From: an uncultured Alphaproteobacteria bacterium
GTDB lineage: Bacteria; Pseudomonadota; Alphaproteobacteria; Methylaequorales; Methylaequoraceae
Reading direction: 5' to 3'
Assembly (NCBI GenBank): GCA_902550225.1
Contig: CACCYL010000002.1
Coordinates: forward strand, 84,089 to 148,088
DNA length: 64,000 nucleotides
Part shown: positions 28,999-39,390 of the stretch, piece by piece
Numbering within the stretch: position 1 is the stretch's first letter
Layout of the letters: each line of letters starts with the position of its first letter
Program-made: the position numbers and the translations under genes
The notes under the pieces: model-generated
What the model saw: the letters and a program-made list of their open reading frames with translations, nothing else
Databases searched by the model: none
Told to the model about the DNA's origin: nothing

Positions 28999-29355
28999 AT
29001 GGATTTAATTATTGAAAATCTTTTAGGCCAAGCAGGCGGAAATTTCAAAGGACTTATATTTGGTTTTGTTCACGTTGCGATAATGATTGTAGGTTATTAC
29101 ACTGGTTTTAGCATAAATAAATTTTTAAAGATTCTTTCCAATGGCTATGTTGCTGGGATCTTTGGCGTAGTTTTGTCTCATATCATTGCAGACATAATTG
29201 CTTGCTATTTAGATCCAGACCTTAGAAAAATGATTTTTGGAGTAGTTATTGGTGGTATAATTCCTCTTTTTTTCATACCAATATTAGAAAGATTTGTTGT
29301 AAAAAGTAAACAAAGTTTTTTAGATGAAACAAAAAAAGAGTTAAATAGATCCTGA
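28999..29355 (+). CDS. small membrane protein (3-4 TM), unknown function, downstream of a Zur box
   Basis: Hydrophobic segments, with Gly-rich GVVIGGIIP. Confidence 0.5.
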   Translation: MDLIIENLLGQAGGNFKGLIFGFVHVAIMIVGYYTGFSINKFLKILSNGYVAGIFGVVLSHIIADIIACYLDPDLRKMIFGVVIGGIIPLFFIPILERFVVKSKQSFLDETKKELNRS

Positions 29356-29484
29356 CTAAAGATCTATTATTAAAAAATTTTTTGTTGTTCTTTTCCTTGT
29401 CATTCCTCCAATATTTAGAAGCCACTGACTCTGACTATTTTGAGGCTTGATTTGATAATTTTTTACCAAAATAAATTTATTATT

Positions 29485-29506
29485 GAAATGTTATATTATA
29501 ACACTT
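29485..29506. promoter_or_regulatory. candidate Zur box (GAAATGTTATATTATAACACTT)
   Basis: It matches the Zur consensus GAAATGTTATAATATAACATTTC at 19 of 22 positions, and lies about 50 nt upstream of the second COG0523 gene. Confidence 0.65.
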
Positions 29507-29555
29507 AATATAAAATCCTTACTTTGATTTAGTTAAATTTTGTGGAGAATTTATA

Positions 29556-30770
29556 ATGAAAGTTTTAGATAAAAAACTTCCAGTCACATTATTGTCTGGA
29601 TTTCTTGGTGCTGGAAAAACAACCCTTTTAAATCACATTCTTAATAATCGACAAGGTCTAAAGGTTGCAGTTATTGTGAACGATATGAGTGAAGTAAATA
29701 TTGATGCAAATCTTGTTGAGCGTGGAGGTGGTAACTTATCTCAAACTGAAGAGAAACTTGTAGAAATGAGCAATGGATGTATTTGCTGTACTTTACGTGA
29801 AGATCTTTTAATTCAAGTTAGAGAGTTAGCAAATGAAAATAAATTTGATTACCTTCTTATAGAAAGTACTGGTATCTCTGAACCTTTGCCAGTAGCAACT
29901 ACTTTTGACTTTCGTGATGAGGATGGAGCTAGTTTATCTGACGTAGCAAAACTTGATACAATGGTGACTGTTGTGGATGCTGCAAATCTTATAAAAAATT
30001 ACAGCTCTACTGATTTTTTAAAAGATAAAGGAGAAAGTCTAGAAGATGATGAACGAACACTTGTTGATCTTCTTGTCGAACAGATTGAGTTTGCCAATGT
30101 TATTCTATTGAATAAAATTGATTTAATATCCTCTGAAGAATTAAAAACTGTTAATGCAATTATAAGTGGACTTAACACTGAGGCAAAGGTCTTTGAATGC
30201 TCTCATTCGACCGTGAATCTCAAAGAAGTTGTTGGTACTGGATTGTTTGATCTTAAAAAAGCTTACACTCATCCGTTATGGGCAAAAGAACTTTATAATT
30301 TTAAAGATCATCTTCCTGAAACAGAAGAGTATGGTATCACAAGTTTCGTATATTTAGCCCGCGAACCATTTGATCCATCAAAAATCTATAATTTCTTCAA
30401 TCAAGAATGGCCTGGTGTAATGAGATCAAAAGGCTTTTTTTGGATTTCGAGTCGACCTGAATTTATTGGTGAGGTTTCTCAGGCTGGTGCGTTTGTTCGT
30501 CATCAGGGAATTGGAAGATGGTGGACAACTGTACCGAAAGATCGTTGGCCAGAAGGACCTAATTTTGATGCTTTGATCGATAAATATTGGAATAAAGATT
30601 ATGGTGACCGTCGACAAGAAATAGTTTTTATAGGTTTAAAGTCTGAAATGAGTGAAAAGAACATTCGAGAGAGGCTAGACGCTTGTCTGATTAAGAACTA
30701 TCTTGATGATCCTAGTGCATATCATAAAGCTCTAGATCCCTTTCCAGCATGGTTTAAAAAAGTAGCTTAA
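29556..30770 (+). CDS. COG0523 (CobW/YjiA/ZigA) metallochaperone GTPase, standard length
   Basis: P-loop GFLGAGKTT, CxCC motif GCICCT and a CobW_C domain. Confidence 0.88.
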   Translation: MKVLDKKLPVTLLSGFLGAGKTTLLNHILNNRQGLKVAVIVNDMSEVNIDANLVERGGGNLSQTEEKLVEMSNGCICCTLREDLLIQVRELANENKFDYLLIESTGISEPLPVATTFDFRDEDGASLSDVAKLDTMVTVVDAANLIKNYSSTDFLKDKGESLEDDERTLVDLLVEQIEFANVILLNKIDLISSEELKTVNAIISGLNTEAKVFECSHSTVNLKEVVGTGLFDLKKAYTHPLWAKELYNFKDHLPETEEYGITSFVYLAREPFDPSKIYNFFNQEWPGVMRSKGFFWISSRPEFIGEVSQAGAFVRHQGIGRWWTTVPKDRWPEGPNFDALIDKYWNKDYGDRRQEIVFIGLKSEMSEKNIRERLDACLIKNYLDDPSAYHKALDPFPAWFKKVA

Positions 30771-30967
30771 ATGATTGAAAGCCCTTTATTTACTCTATCT
30801 CTTGAGCATAAAGAGCATCCAAAATCTTTAATTTTTTTAGTTATACTTATTTATTGCCTAGGATCTTATATCATCTCATTTTACCGTCCACCTTTACATC
30901 ACTTTATAAAATTATATGATTAAGAGATGTATTTGATATTTAGTTTTTTTTTTTATTTTCTTCAGAT

Positions 30968-31513
30968 TTGTTTTCAAAAGAAGTAAATGTGTACGATATT
31001 ATTTCAAAAAACTCTAATTTATCTACTTTCAAAGATTATCTCGATAAAACAGGACTTGATAAAGTTTTACAAAAAAAAATTCCATATAATTGGACAATTT
31101 ATGCTCCATCAAATAATGCTTTTGAAAATACTCCAAAAGAACTGGAGAAATCAGTTTTAAAAGATACTTATTATTCAAAGAGGCTGTTCACCGACCATAT
31201 CTTAACAAAAGAAATTTTGGCTTCAGATGTAACAGATCAAATAACCACTGAACTAACAGTGAGTAATAAACCCATTAAATTATATAGAAGTGAAAATCTA
31301 TTTGTTAAAGATGTAGTTATAGTGAAGGAAGATATAATAGCAGAAAACGGAGTTGTACATATAATTGATTGTATAATGTTTATTCAACCAAGTTCACAAG
31401 ATAGTAGGTTAAGTTCAAGTCAACAAGATTCATTTCCAATAACTTCCTGTTGTATGCAAACTGAGAGTGAAATTTCATTATGGAAACAAAATACGAAAAA
31501 AATAGTTTATTGA
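30968..31513 (+). CDS. fasciclin (FAS1) domain protein
   Basis: FAS1 H1/H2 motifs (TIYAPSNNAF ... NGVVHIIDCIM). The ORF as given starts with TTG and shows no signal peptide, so the start is uncertain. Confidence 0.65.
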   Translation: MFSKEVNVYDIISKNSNLSTFKDYLDKTGLDKVLQKKIPYNWTIYAPSNNAFENTPKELEKSVLKDTYYSKRLFTDHILTKEILASDVTDQITTELTVSNKPIKLYRSENLFVKDVVIVKEDIIAENGVVHIIDCIMFIQPSSQDSRLSSSQQDSFPITSCCMQTESEISLWKQNTKKIVY

Positions 31514-31534
31514 CCTTAATTTTAAAATAAAATT

Positions 31535-31894
31535 ATGCATAATTTTTTTTTCTTTTTATTTATCCTCATGTTCTTTCACAGCAAAGCTGATTCGCTTTAT
31601 GACCCACTAGAAAAGTATCTTGGAAAGATTGAAGGTAATAGCACTATACACGACTCACTGGGAAGTTATAAAGGAAGAGTTGAAAGCAATGGAGGCATAT
31701 ATAATTCTTTGGGAAAATACTTAGGAAAAATTGAAACTAATGGGCATTCTTATGATTCACGTGGTGGATATATGGGAAGGATAGACGGTTATGGTAATAT
31801 ATACGATTCATCAGGGAAGTTTAGAGCCAAGTTAGAAAGAAATGGAATTTTTTATGATTCCCTTGGAAGATATTTAGGTAAAATAATTAAGTAA
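31535..31894 (+). CDS. secreted protein made of six tandem ~17-aa repeats (x-YDSLGKYLGKIEtNG)
   Basis: Signal peptide MHNFFFFLFILMFFHSKA, then 6 imperfect repeats. Confidence 0.55.
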   Translation: MHNFFFFLFILMFFHSKADSLYDPLEKYLGKIEGNSTIHDSLGSYKGRVESNGGIYNSLGKYLGKIETNGHSYDSRGGYMGRIDGYGNIYDSSGKFRAKLERNGIFYDSLGRYLGKIIK

Positions 31895-31904
31895 TAAGAT
31901 ATAT

Positions 31905-33053
31905 TTAGGTAATTTTTTTTAAAAATTCTCTTATGTTTTTATCGATAAAAGCTACATCTTCTTGAGATGTTAACGTAGTTGACATTCCTCCAGCTAAATG
32001 ACCATGTTTTGTTTTTATAACTTTGAGTTCAGCGTTCGGCATTCCTTTAACCTCAGGAATATTGTTACGTGCAGGAAAAGATAAATCAGTTGAACTTGGC
32101 ATAACTAGAGCTGGACAATTTATATTTGCAAGAGCTTTTTTTGTGTTGTTGTTGAATTTTTTATGTTTTCCAATATCTCCCATTTGCCAAGTATTCAACA
32201 TACCTAATAAATCATTTGCATCAATACTTCCAAAAAAACTATCCATAAAATTTAAGTATGACTCAGTATCTTCAAATCCATCAAACAAATTGAGATGTAA
32301 CCCCTCTTCATATCCTTCTTTATCAAATAAAGTTGATGTATAATTTCTAGAAAAAGCCTTTAAACCTTTTTTAGGAGGTGAACTATAATCACCGTTATTA
32401 TAATTAACATCAGATTGTAAAGCTAACTTACATCCCTCCAAAGTTATCCAATTCTGTGTTGTAGTTTTTGCAGTTCCACACAAGGGAATTATACCACCGG
32501 TTTTTTCTCCATGTAATGCACCCCAGTGAAAAGCCTGCTGAGCGCCCATAGAAAACCCCAAATACATAAGTGGGTTAGTAATGCCGAAGTACTCTGATAT
32601 AAGTTTATCTTGTGCATTGATATTGTCGTAATATGTAACAGAGGGAAATCTTGGACCATCTTGAAGGGGGCTAGTATTACTCGGAGAGGACGAATAACCA
32701 CTGCAAAATAAGTTTGGTGTTATAATGCAATATTTAAGTGGATTTAGCGCTCTATTAATTCCATATGCCATCTGATTAAATTTGTGGCTTCCTGCAAAAC
32801 AAGTAGCAAATATAATTGCGTTACTCTTTGATTGATTTAATTCACCATTAACGTTAACTAACAAAAAGGCATTGTTTAAAGTTTCTCCACTTTGAAGCTT
32901 AAAGTTCTCCAATGGAAATTTGAATGTATTACTGCTCCAAGGTAACTTTTTTTCATCTTCGGATATGTTTACTTTTGGAAAAAAATTGATAATTGGTACT
33001 GATGCCAGAGCAATTGTTTTTATTGAATATTCAATAAATTTTCTTCTATTCAT
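31905..33053 (-). CDS. Tat-exported alpha/beta-hydrolase (esterase/lipase-like)
   Basis: Twin-arginine motif NRRKFIE at the N-terminus and a nucleophile elbow GFSMG. Confidence 0.7.
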   Translation of the reverse strand: MNRRKFIEYSIKTIALASVPIINFFPKVNISEDEKKLPWSSNTFKFPLENFKLQSGETLNNAFLLVNVNGELNQSKSNAIIFATCFAGSHKFNQMAYGINRALNPLKYCIITPNLFCSGYSSSPSNTSPLQDGPRFPSVTYYDNINAQDKLISEYFGITNPLMYLGFSMGAQQAFHWGALHGEKTGGIIPLCGTAKTTTQNWITLEGCKLALQSDVNYNNGDYSSPPKKGLKAFSRNYTSTLFDKEGYEEGLHLNLFDGFEDTESYLNFMDSFFGSIDANDLLGMLNTWQMGDIGKHKKFNNNTKKALANINCPALVMPSSTDLSFPARNNIPEVKGMPNAELKVIKTKHGHLAGGMSTTLTSQEDVAFIDKNIREFLKKIT

Positions 33054-33430
33054 CTATAATCTATAAACATTTAATATTTTATTATACTAATGCCTCAAAT
33101 ACTCTCAACATAATATGTTATTTTCATTGAGTACGAATAAAAGATGAATAATTTACTGGTTTAAAAAAAAAAAGAATATAATGATATCAATGACTTAAAA
33201 AAAATAGTTTGACAAATGCATCTCAATTTAATATTCTGTAAAAATATATTCATTCGAGTTTTAGATTTTTTTGACATAGAATCAATACATCTCCTCACTG
33301 TTTCTTCATTATGAAGTTTTTACAATCACTTCATACTTGTTTAATTATATTCACCGATAGAGTTGTTTAAGGTGAAATAACAAGTTACGATCACCAATCT
33401 AGTTTAGATAAATTTAAAGGGATTTAATAG

Positions 33431-34267
33431 ATGAAAGATACATTTATGCGAAGTTGTGAACATTGGAGTGAATCAAGTCGCAATGAAATGCAGAATTTTT
33501 ATACTCTTGCCTCTGTCGATTATAAACATCTAGCAGAGAAATTTAACTGGAAAGAATGGCTTGAAGCACATCAGGCTAATATTGGCAAGCGTGGACTAAA
33601 ACTTCTAGATATTGCTTGTGGATCAGGTAAATTTCCTTCAGCACTAATTCAAAATGCTAATTTGTCAAACGCAAAAATATTACCAGTGGAATATTCACTA
33701 CTAGATCCGTCTTCATTTTCAATTGCAGAAGCACGCAAGGTTATTCAGTCACCATTTAAAACTAGTTCAGAATTTGAAACTACTTTACAGGAATTTTCTT
33801 GTGAGCGAGAAACTTATGACATTATCTGGGCAACGCACGCTCTTTACGCAATTCCAAAAAACGAACTTAAAAAGGCTTTAAAACGTTTTATTTTTGGAAT
33901 GGCTAGATCGGGTTTTATTGCTCATGCAAGTGAAAAATCTCATTACCTTCGATTTTACAGACATTATTTAAATGGTTTCAAAGGTGGTTCTGGAGAACCG
34001 TATTCAAGTGCTGAACAAATTTTACAAATACTAAAAGAGATTGATATTCCTCATAAAGTTAAGAAAATTACATACGAAAATGGTGTTTCAGAGACAGCAT
34101 CTTTGCAAGTTGAAGGATATCTGCAACGTTGTGTTTTTGATGATACAATTGACCTTGAGAAAATGCTCAAAAATTCGGTTACTGGACCTTATCTAGACAA
34201 TTGTATCAAAGATGGACAATGGTGTTTTAAGCAAGAAGTAATGATGATTTTTCTATCGAAAGATTAA
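33431..34267 (+). CDS. class I SAM-dependent methyltransferase
   Basis: Motif I LDIACGSGKF. Confidence 0.7.
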   Translation: MKDTFMRSCEHWSESSRNEMQNFYTLASVDYKHLAEKFNWKEWLEAHQANIGKRGLKLLDIACGSGKFPSALIQNANLSNAKILPVEYSLLDPSSFSIAEARKVIQSPFKTSSEFETTLQEFSCERETYDIIWATHALYAIPKNELKKALKRFIFGMARSGFIAHASEKSHYLRFYRHYLNGFKGGSGEPYSSAEQILQILKEIDIPHKVKKITYENGVSETASLQVEGYLQRCVFDDTIDLEKMLKNSVTGPYLDNCIKDGQWCFKQEVMMIFLSKD

Positions 34268-34332
34268 TTTTTATGACTAAGAGTAATTTTTCTAGATGTC
34301 GAATGTGAGAAAGCAATCATAATTTTTAATAC

Positions 34333-35559
34333 ATGTTTATAAAACGAATTTTACTCGCTACCACACCAGAACTTAGTTTAGGTTTATTTTTAATTTTTAG
34401 CTCGAGCGTTGGTCAAACTTTCTTTATTTCTCTTTTCTCTGGAGAAATAAGAAATGCGTTTAATCTCTCTCATGGAATGTTTGGAATACTTTATTCCGTT
34501 GCAACACTAACAAGTGCTACACTTTTTTTTTGGTTAGGAAAAATCACAGACCAATTTAATTTGACTGTTCTTGGATTAATAACTCTAGGAATATTAAGCG
34601 GATTTTCATTTCTTTTATCAAGTGCTGAAACACTTCTCATACTTTTCTTGTCTTTATTAGGTCTTCGCTTGTTTGGTCAAAGTATGATTAGTCATATAGC
34701 AGTAACCGCAATGGCCCGCTGGTTTTCAAAGAAAAGAGGAAGAGCTTTAAGTGTTGCACTAATAGGACACCCTATTGGAGAGGCACTATTACCCTCTCTA
34801 ATTACTTTCTTTTTATTTCAGTACACATGGCGAGAAATCTGGGTTGGAATAGGTACGTGTATAATAATTATTTTTTTACCTTTAGTTTACTGGCTTGGAA
34901 GACACATTAAATTTAATAAGCATAATAGTAAACAAAAAAAATCAAAAGAAAATTTGATTGTTTCTTGGAATCGATCACAAGTCTTAAAAGATTTAAGATT
35001 TTACCAGGTTCTTCCTGGATTACTTGCTTCTCCCTTCATAGTGACTGGAGTTTTTTTTCATCAGATTCACTTGATTGAAACTAAATCTTGGTCGATTACA
35101 CTTTTAGCATCCTCCTACCCTTTTTTTGCTTTAAGTGTGATTGGGGTAACTTTTGGGGCTGGCTGGATAATCGATAGATTCGGCACAGTGCATTTATTGC
35201 GTTTTTTTTTGTTACCGCTTGCATTTGGTTTGCTCTTAATAGTAGCTACAGACAAAGCATTTGCTATTCCTATATTTATGATCTTAATGGGAGCATCTGC
35301 TGGATCAGCAACTATTATCATAAGTACTCTGTGGGTTGAACTTTATGGAATTAATTATCTTGGTTCAATCAGATCTATGTTTTTTTCTATGGTTGTGCTT
35401 GCTACTTCAATCTCTCCAGCACTTATAGGGTTATTATTAGACACAGGTGTAACATTGGAAATCCAATTTATTATATTTACAATTTATATCTTTATTTGCT
35501 CAATTATTTTTGCAATATTAACACCTAATCTTTTAATTGCTCGATCCCCTCCTTCATAG
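34333..35559 (+). CDS. MFS transporter
   Basis: 12 TM helices arranged as two 6-TM halves with a central loop. Confidence 0.75.
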   Translation: MFIKRILLATTPELSLGLFLIFSSSVGQTFFISLFSGEIRNAFNLSHGMFGILYSVATLTSATLFFWLGKITDQFNLTVLGLITLGILSGFSFLLSSAETLLILFLSLLGLRLFGQSMISHIAVTAMARWFSKKRGRALSVALIGHPIGEALLPSLITFFLFQYTWREIWVGIGTCIIIIFLPLVYWLGRHIKFNKHNSKQKKSKENLIVSWNRSQVLKDLRFYQVLPGLLASPFIVTGVFFHQIHLIETKSWSITLLASSYPFFALSVIGVTFGAGWIIDRFGTVHLLRFFLLPLAFGLLLIVATDKAFAIPIFMILMGASAGSATIIISTLWVELYGINYLGSIRSMFFSMVVLATSISPALIGLLLDTGVTLEIQFIIFTIYIFICSIIFAILTPNLLIARSPPS

Positions 35560-35591
35560 AGCTTTTTAGGATTTAGAAGCTCGAACTGATG

Positions 35592-36989
35592 TTATTTTCT
35601 TAATAGTTTAAAAACAAAAAAAGTAAGAACTCCAGATATTATACCTGGAGCTACCTCGTAAATATAAGTATTTAGTTCGTAATGTCTCCATACCATTAAT
35701 GTTATCAAGGGTATAATCATCATCATTAATGATGAAAATTCAGAAACTTTTTGTTTTAGTGAGTTAACTATTAATAAAGGAGAAAAGCAACAAGCTAATG
35801 TTGACCATGACATTAAGACAAGGTTGAAGACGTTTTTATTATCATTTATTGCAATTGTAACAACAAAGACTGTGATAATTAAAGTTGCTAATTTATTTAT
35901 TAAATAATTGTTATTTTTATTCAATGAAAGATCGTTTGTAATTGAAGCGGTACAAGCAAGTATTTGAGAATCTGCTGTTGACATTGTGGCAGCAAAAATA
36001 CCAGCTAAGATTACTCCAACAAAAAATTCAGGTAATAAACTTTGTGCCAAAGTTGGTAAGGCTAATTCTGGGTCCAAATTGTTGGTTTCTGGGATTAGTA
36101 GTCTTGCTACAAAAGCCGCTAAAATGGAAAATAAATAGAATAAAGTATACCAAGTGTAATAATATATTCTTGTTTTTGGTATGTTTTTAGTACTATCAAT
36201 TGTCATAAATCTTACCATAACATGAGGTTGACCTATCACACCCACACCTGAGAAAAACCAACCGATAATGAACATGTATGGAGCTAATAAAAATTCTGAA
36301 AAATTTGTTGATGGAAACCATTTCATATAATCTGGAGATATTTTGTGTAATTCATCTATGAAGATAGAAACCCCACCTACTTCTTTAATTCCAAAAAAAA
36401 CCATTAAAAACATGGCAACTATCATTACAAAAGATTGAGCGGCATCCGTCCAAATAGAAGCTCTTATTCCTCCTGAAAAACAATAAAGTAATACAATAAC
36501 TCCACCGATGATGGCACCTAGTCTATAATCTAAACCAAATATAACATGCATCGACTTACTTCCAGCATTAAGCTGAGCTGCTGCATATGTAGATAAAAAA
36601 ATAAGAATGATTAATCCACCAAACAATTGTACATATTTATAATTTTTGCCATGCCATTGGCTTACCAAATTAGCAAAACTTACAACCTTTAATTCCTGTG
36701 ATTTCTTCCTTAAATTTTTATGTACAAAAAGAGATGAAATAAAATCGCCAAAAATCAATCCAAACATTAGCCAGACAGATTGCAAACCATAAACATATGT
36801 AAACCCAATCTGACCAATAAACATGTATCCACTATTTGATGTTGCGATGGCTGATATAGCTGCCAACCATGGCTTAACTTCTTGATTTGCAAGGAGATAG
36901 TCTAGAGACGTATTTTTTTTCTTAAGAACTGACAAAGATCCTATCAACGTAAATAAGAAAAGAAATAAACAAAAACTAAAAAATATCAT
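35592..36989 (-). CDS. sodium:solute symporter (SSS family)
   Basis: SSS-type N-terminus (DYLLANQEVKPWLAAISAIATSNSGYMFIGQ). Confidence 0.75.
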   Translation of the reverse strand: MIFFSFCLFLFLFTLIGSLSVLKKKNTSLDYLLANQEVKPWLAAISAIATSNSGYMFIGQIGFTYVYGLQSVWLMFGLIFGDFISSLFVHKNLRKKSQELKVVSFANLVSQWHGKNYKYVQLFGGLIILIFLSTYAAAQLNAGSKSMHVIFGLDYRLGAIIGGVIVLLYCFSGGIRASIWTDAAQSFVMIVAMFLMVFFGIKEVGGVSIFIDELHKISPDYMKWFPSTNFSEFLLAPYMFIIGWFFSGVGVIGQPHVMVRFMTIDSTKNIPKTRIYYYTWYTLFYLFSILAAFVARLLIPETNNLDPELALPTLAQSLLPEFFVGVILAGIFAATMSTADSQILACTASITNDLSLNKNNNYLINKLATLIITVFVVTIAINDNKNVFNLVLMSWSTLACCFSPLLIVNSLKQKVSEFSSLMMMIIPLITLMVWRHYELNTYIYEVAPGIISGVLTFFVFKLLRK

Positions 36990-36996
36990 GAAGATA

Positions 36997-37926
36997 TTAT
37001 TTTTTTAGAGAGCAGATTTTTGAAGTCTTCTTTACTACTAATCGATTTACTGGAAGATTAAACTCACTAAAACCATCAACTGAAGTCTTATCAAAGTAAT
37101 CTGAAAGTTCTGATACTAAAATCTCATAATGCTTGGACGATAGAACTAGTGAAGCGTAGAAAAAACCTGAAACTTCTTTAGCTAACACTTCTGGAGTTTG
37201 TTTAAAAGAAAGCACATGAGGGGTAATATTTATTTCACAGTCATAAAATATTTTTTTAACGAGTTTATCTAAAGTTTTTAAAGATCTAACCCTTGGATCA
37301 CCTAATTCTAACAATCCATAATTAGGAAATATTTTTTGAACAAATTTATATATTATGTTGTGGATTTCTAAATATCCAGTTGCAGAATGTAAATCTCCAT
37401 CAACAATTGCTGAGAAAATACCCTGATTTTTAAGTATCCTTTTAATGGTTTTTAACACTGGAACTAAAGGATCCATTAAAGTTAAAGCCCAATGACAAAA
37501 TATAACGTCTTTTGAGGCATCTTTGATAAAGTTTAATTTTTGAGCCTTTGCGTTATAAAAATCTACATCTTGATCATAAAGTCTGGTCCGTGCGAGTTTA
37601 AGTTCGTTATCATTCATATCCACTCCGGAAAGTTTGACGTTAAATGGAAAACGTTTATTACAATACTCTAAAAGAACCCCACTTCCGCATGCCAAATCAA
37701 GAATATCGATGTGAGAATTTGTATCGATAGTATCAATTAGTAATTCATAACTATTCTTTCCATTTAAATCACAACAACTGGTTGCAATCTTTTCTGTAAA
37801 ACCTGCATGTCGATTGTGGATAGTATGAAGATGATCTAGTAAATCTTGACTATTTGGGTTTTCACCTGAATCGATTTTATTCATCCATGAAGAGTTAAAG
37901 TTTTTATAATTATTTTTGAAGAGCAT
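36997..37926 (-). CDS. class I SAM-dependent methyltransferase
   Basis: Motif I LDLACGSGVLL. Confidence 0.7.
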   Translation of the reverse strand: MLFKNNYKNFNSSWMNKIDSGENPNSQDLLDHLHTIHNRHAGFTEKIATSCCDLNGKNSYELLIDTIDTNSHIDILDLACGSGVLLEYCNKRFPFNVKLSGVDMNDNELKLARTRLYDQDVDFYNAKAQKLNFIKDASKDVIFCHWALTLMDPLVPVLKTIKRILKNQGIFSAIVDGDLHSATGYLEIHNIIYKFVQKIFPNYGLLELGDPRVRSLKTLDKLVKKIFYDCEINITPHVLSFKQTPEVLAKEVSGFFYASLVLSSKHYEILVSELSDYFDKTSVDGFSEFNLPVNRLVVKKTSKICSLKK

Positions 37927-37938
37927 AAAATTTTTAGA

Positions 37939-38952
37939 CTAAACTTGATTATTTGCAGGCCAACAAATTGGGTTTAAATTACTTGAGACAATTTCACCTG
38001 GCTTAGTTTCAGGAATAAATTTTTTCCAATCTCCTGAGATCATAGTAGGATTATTTACAACACGCGCACCGTCTGCAAAATAGGTATTGGCTAAAACAAT
38101 TCGACTTTGGGTTGTTTTATTTTCAGAGGCAGTGTGGAAACTAAGATTATGATGAAAACTTACCTCACCTAATTCAAAAGGTTCTTCAACAATTGAAACT
38201 TTTTCCTTTTTAAAAATATCAATTATTTTTTTATCGTAACTAGTATCAAATTCGTTAAATTCAATATTTTCTACAAGTTTATAAATCTCTAATGGCTTTG
38301 CAAAAGTTAAAGGACCCATCTCAATCGGGATTGCTTGAGCAGGAATCCAGGCAGTTACCACATCATTTGTTTCTAATGGAAAATGATGATCATCATAATG
38401 CCAGGGTGTACGACCACAGCCTGATTCTTTAACTAAGGCGTTATCATGATAAAGACGAATTTTTTTTACTGAGAGTAATTCAGCACAAATCTTTGCAATA
38501 CGTGAACTTAAAACAAATTCTTTGATTACAGTATTTTTTAACCACATCATTTCAAGACTTAAAAAACGATCTTTTTTATTTTCGTTATAATTTTCAAATG
38601 TCTTTTTTAAAAGCGATAGGATTTCATGTCTTAAAAGTTGAATTGCAGCTGGTGTTAAAACGTTCTTTAACTTTATAAAACCGTTTTTTTGAAAATTTGA
38701 TATATCTTGTGTTGTTAGGTTGTAAGGTTTTGAGAGTTGCTGTTTTAAATCAATTTTTGATGCATCTTTTATATTTGGTGGTTCAGGCAGTTCTAACAGA
38801 ACCTCCTTGGTTTTAGAATTTGAGTTATCAGCTAGAGAAACATACCAATCCCACCAAGCCTGATTATCCTTATCCCATTGTTTATTCTCACCTGTGCTTG
38901 ATTCGCTGGATTTAAAATCAGTTTCTTTCTTTAAATTTATGTTTTCAGTCAT
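37939..38952 (-). CDS. phytanoyl-CoA dioxygenase (PhyH) family Fe(II)/2OG oxygenase
   Basis: HxD facial-triad motif (TPWHYDDHHF), a distal His and PhyH-like length. Confidence 0.7.
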   Translation of the reverse strand: MTENINLKKETDFKSSESSTGENKQWDKDNQAWWDWYVSLADNSNSKTKEVLLELPEPPNIKDASKIDLKQQLSKPYNLTTQDISNFQKNGFIKLKNVLTPAAIQLLRHEILSLLKKTFENYNENKKDRFLSLEMMWLKNTVIKEFVLSSRIAKICAELLSVKKIRLYHDNALVKESGCGRTPWHYDDHHFPLETNDVVTAWIPAQAIPIEMGPLTFAKPLEIYKLVENIEFNEFDTSYDKKIIDIFKKEKVSIVEEPFELGEVSFHHNLSFHTASENKTTQSRIVLANTYFADGARVVNNPTMISGDWKKFIPETKPGEIVSSNLNPICWPANNQV

Positions 38953-39390
38953 ATTTTAATATGTAATGAAAAGAAATCTTATTTGTATAAAATTTTAAAT
39001 AATTACTATAACTAAATCGCATTAAATAGTTTTATTAATTTATACATTGTTTCTTTTGAATTACCTTTATTTAAAATTCTTAAAACTTGCTTGCTGAATT
39101 TTTAATTTCAGACTTAAAACATTATGAATTTAAACTAAAAATAGCATAAAACATAGAACTTCTTCAAATTTTAACTATTTTTAAATATTATGGAAGTGCT
39201 TGAAAATCTAGCTTACGGTAGAGGCGTTCTATTAATAATCTTCTTCACTGGATTGATTATTTATCTAATTATAAAAAAAAATAAATAAATTCAATTGTTT
39301 ACCCGTGAATTCTAGCTATATAACTTAGATATTTTTCTTCAAAAATATTTCACCATTAATTCTAATTTAGTCTAATAAATCTTTAATATT

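Noticed and set aside
33054-33430. Near-palindrome AACATAATATGTTAT as another Zur box
   Set aside because: The half-site orientation (ACATAAT-ATGTTAT) is the reverse arrangement of the TGTTATA-TATAACA core seen at the three better sites. It may be chance in AT-rich DNA.
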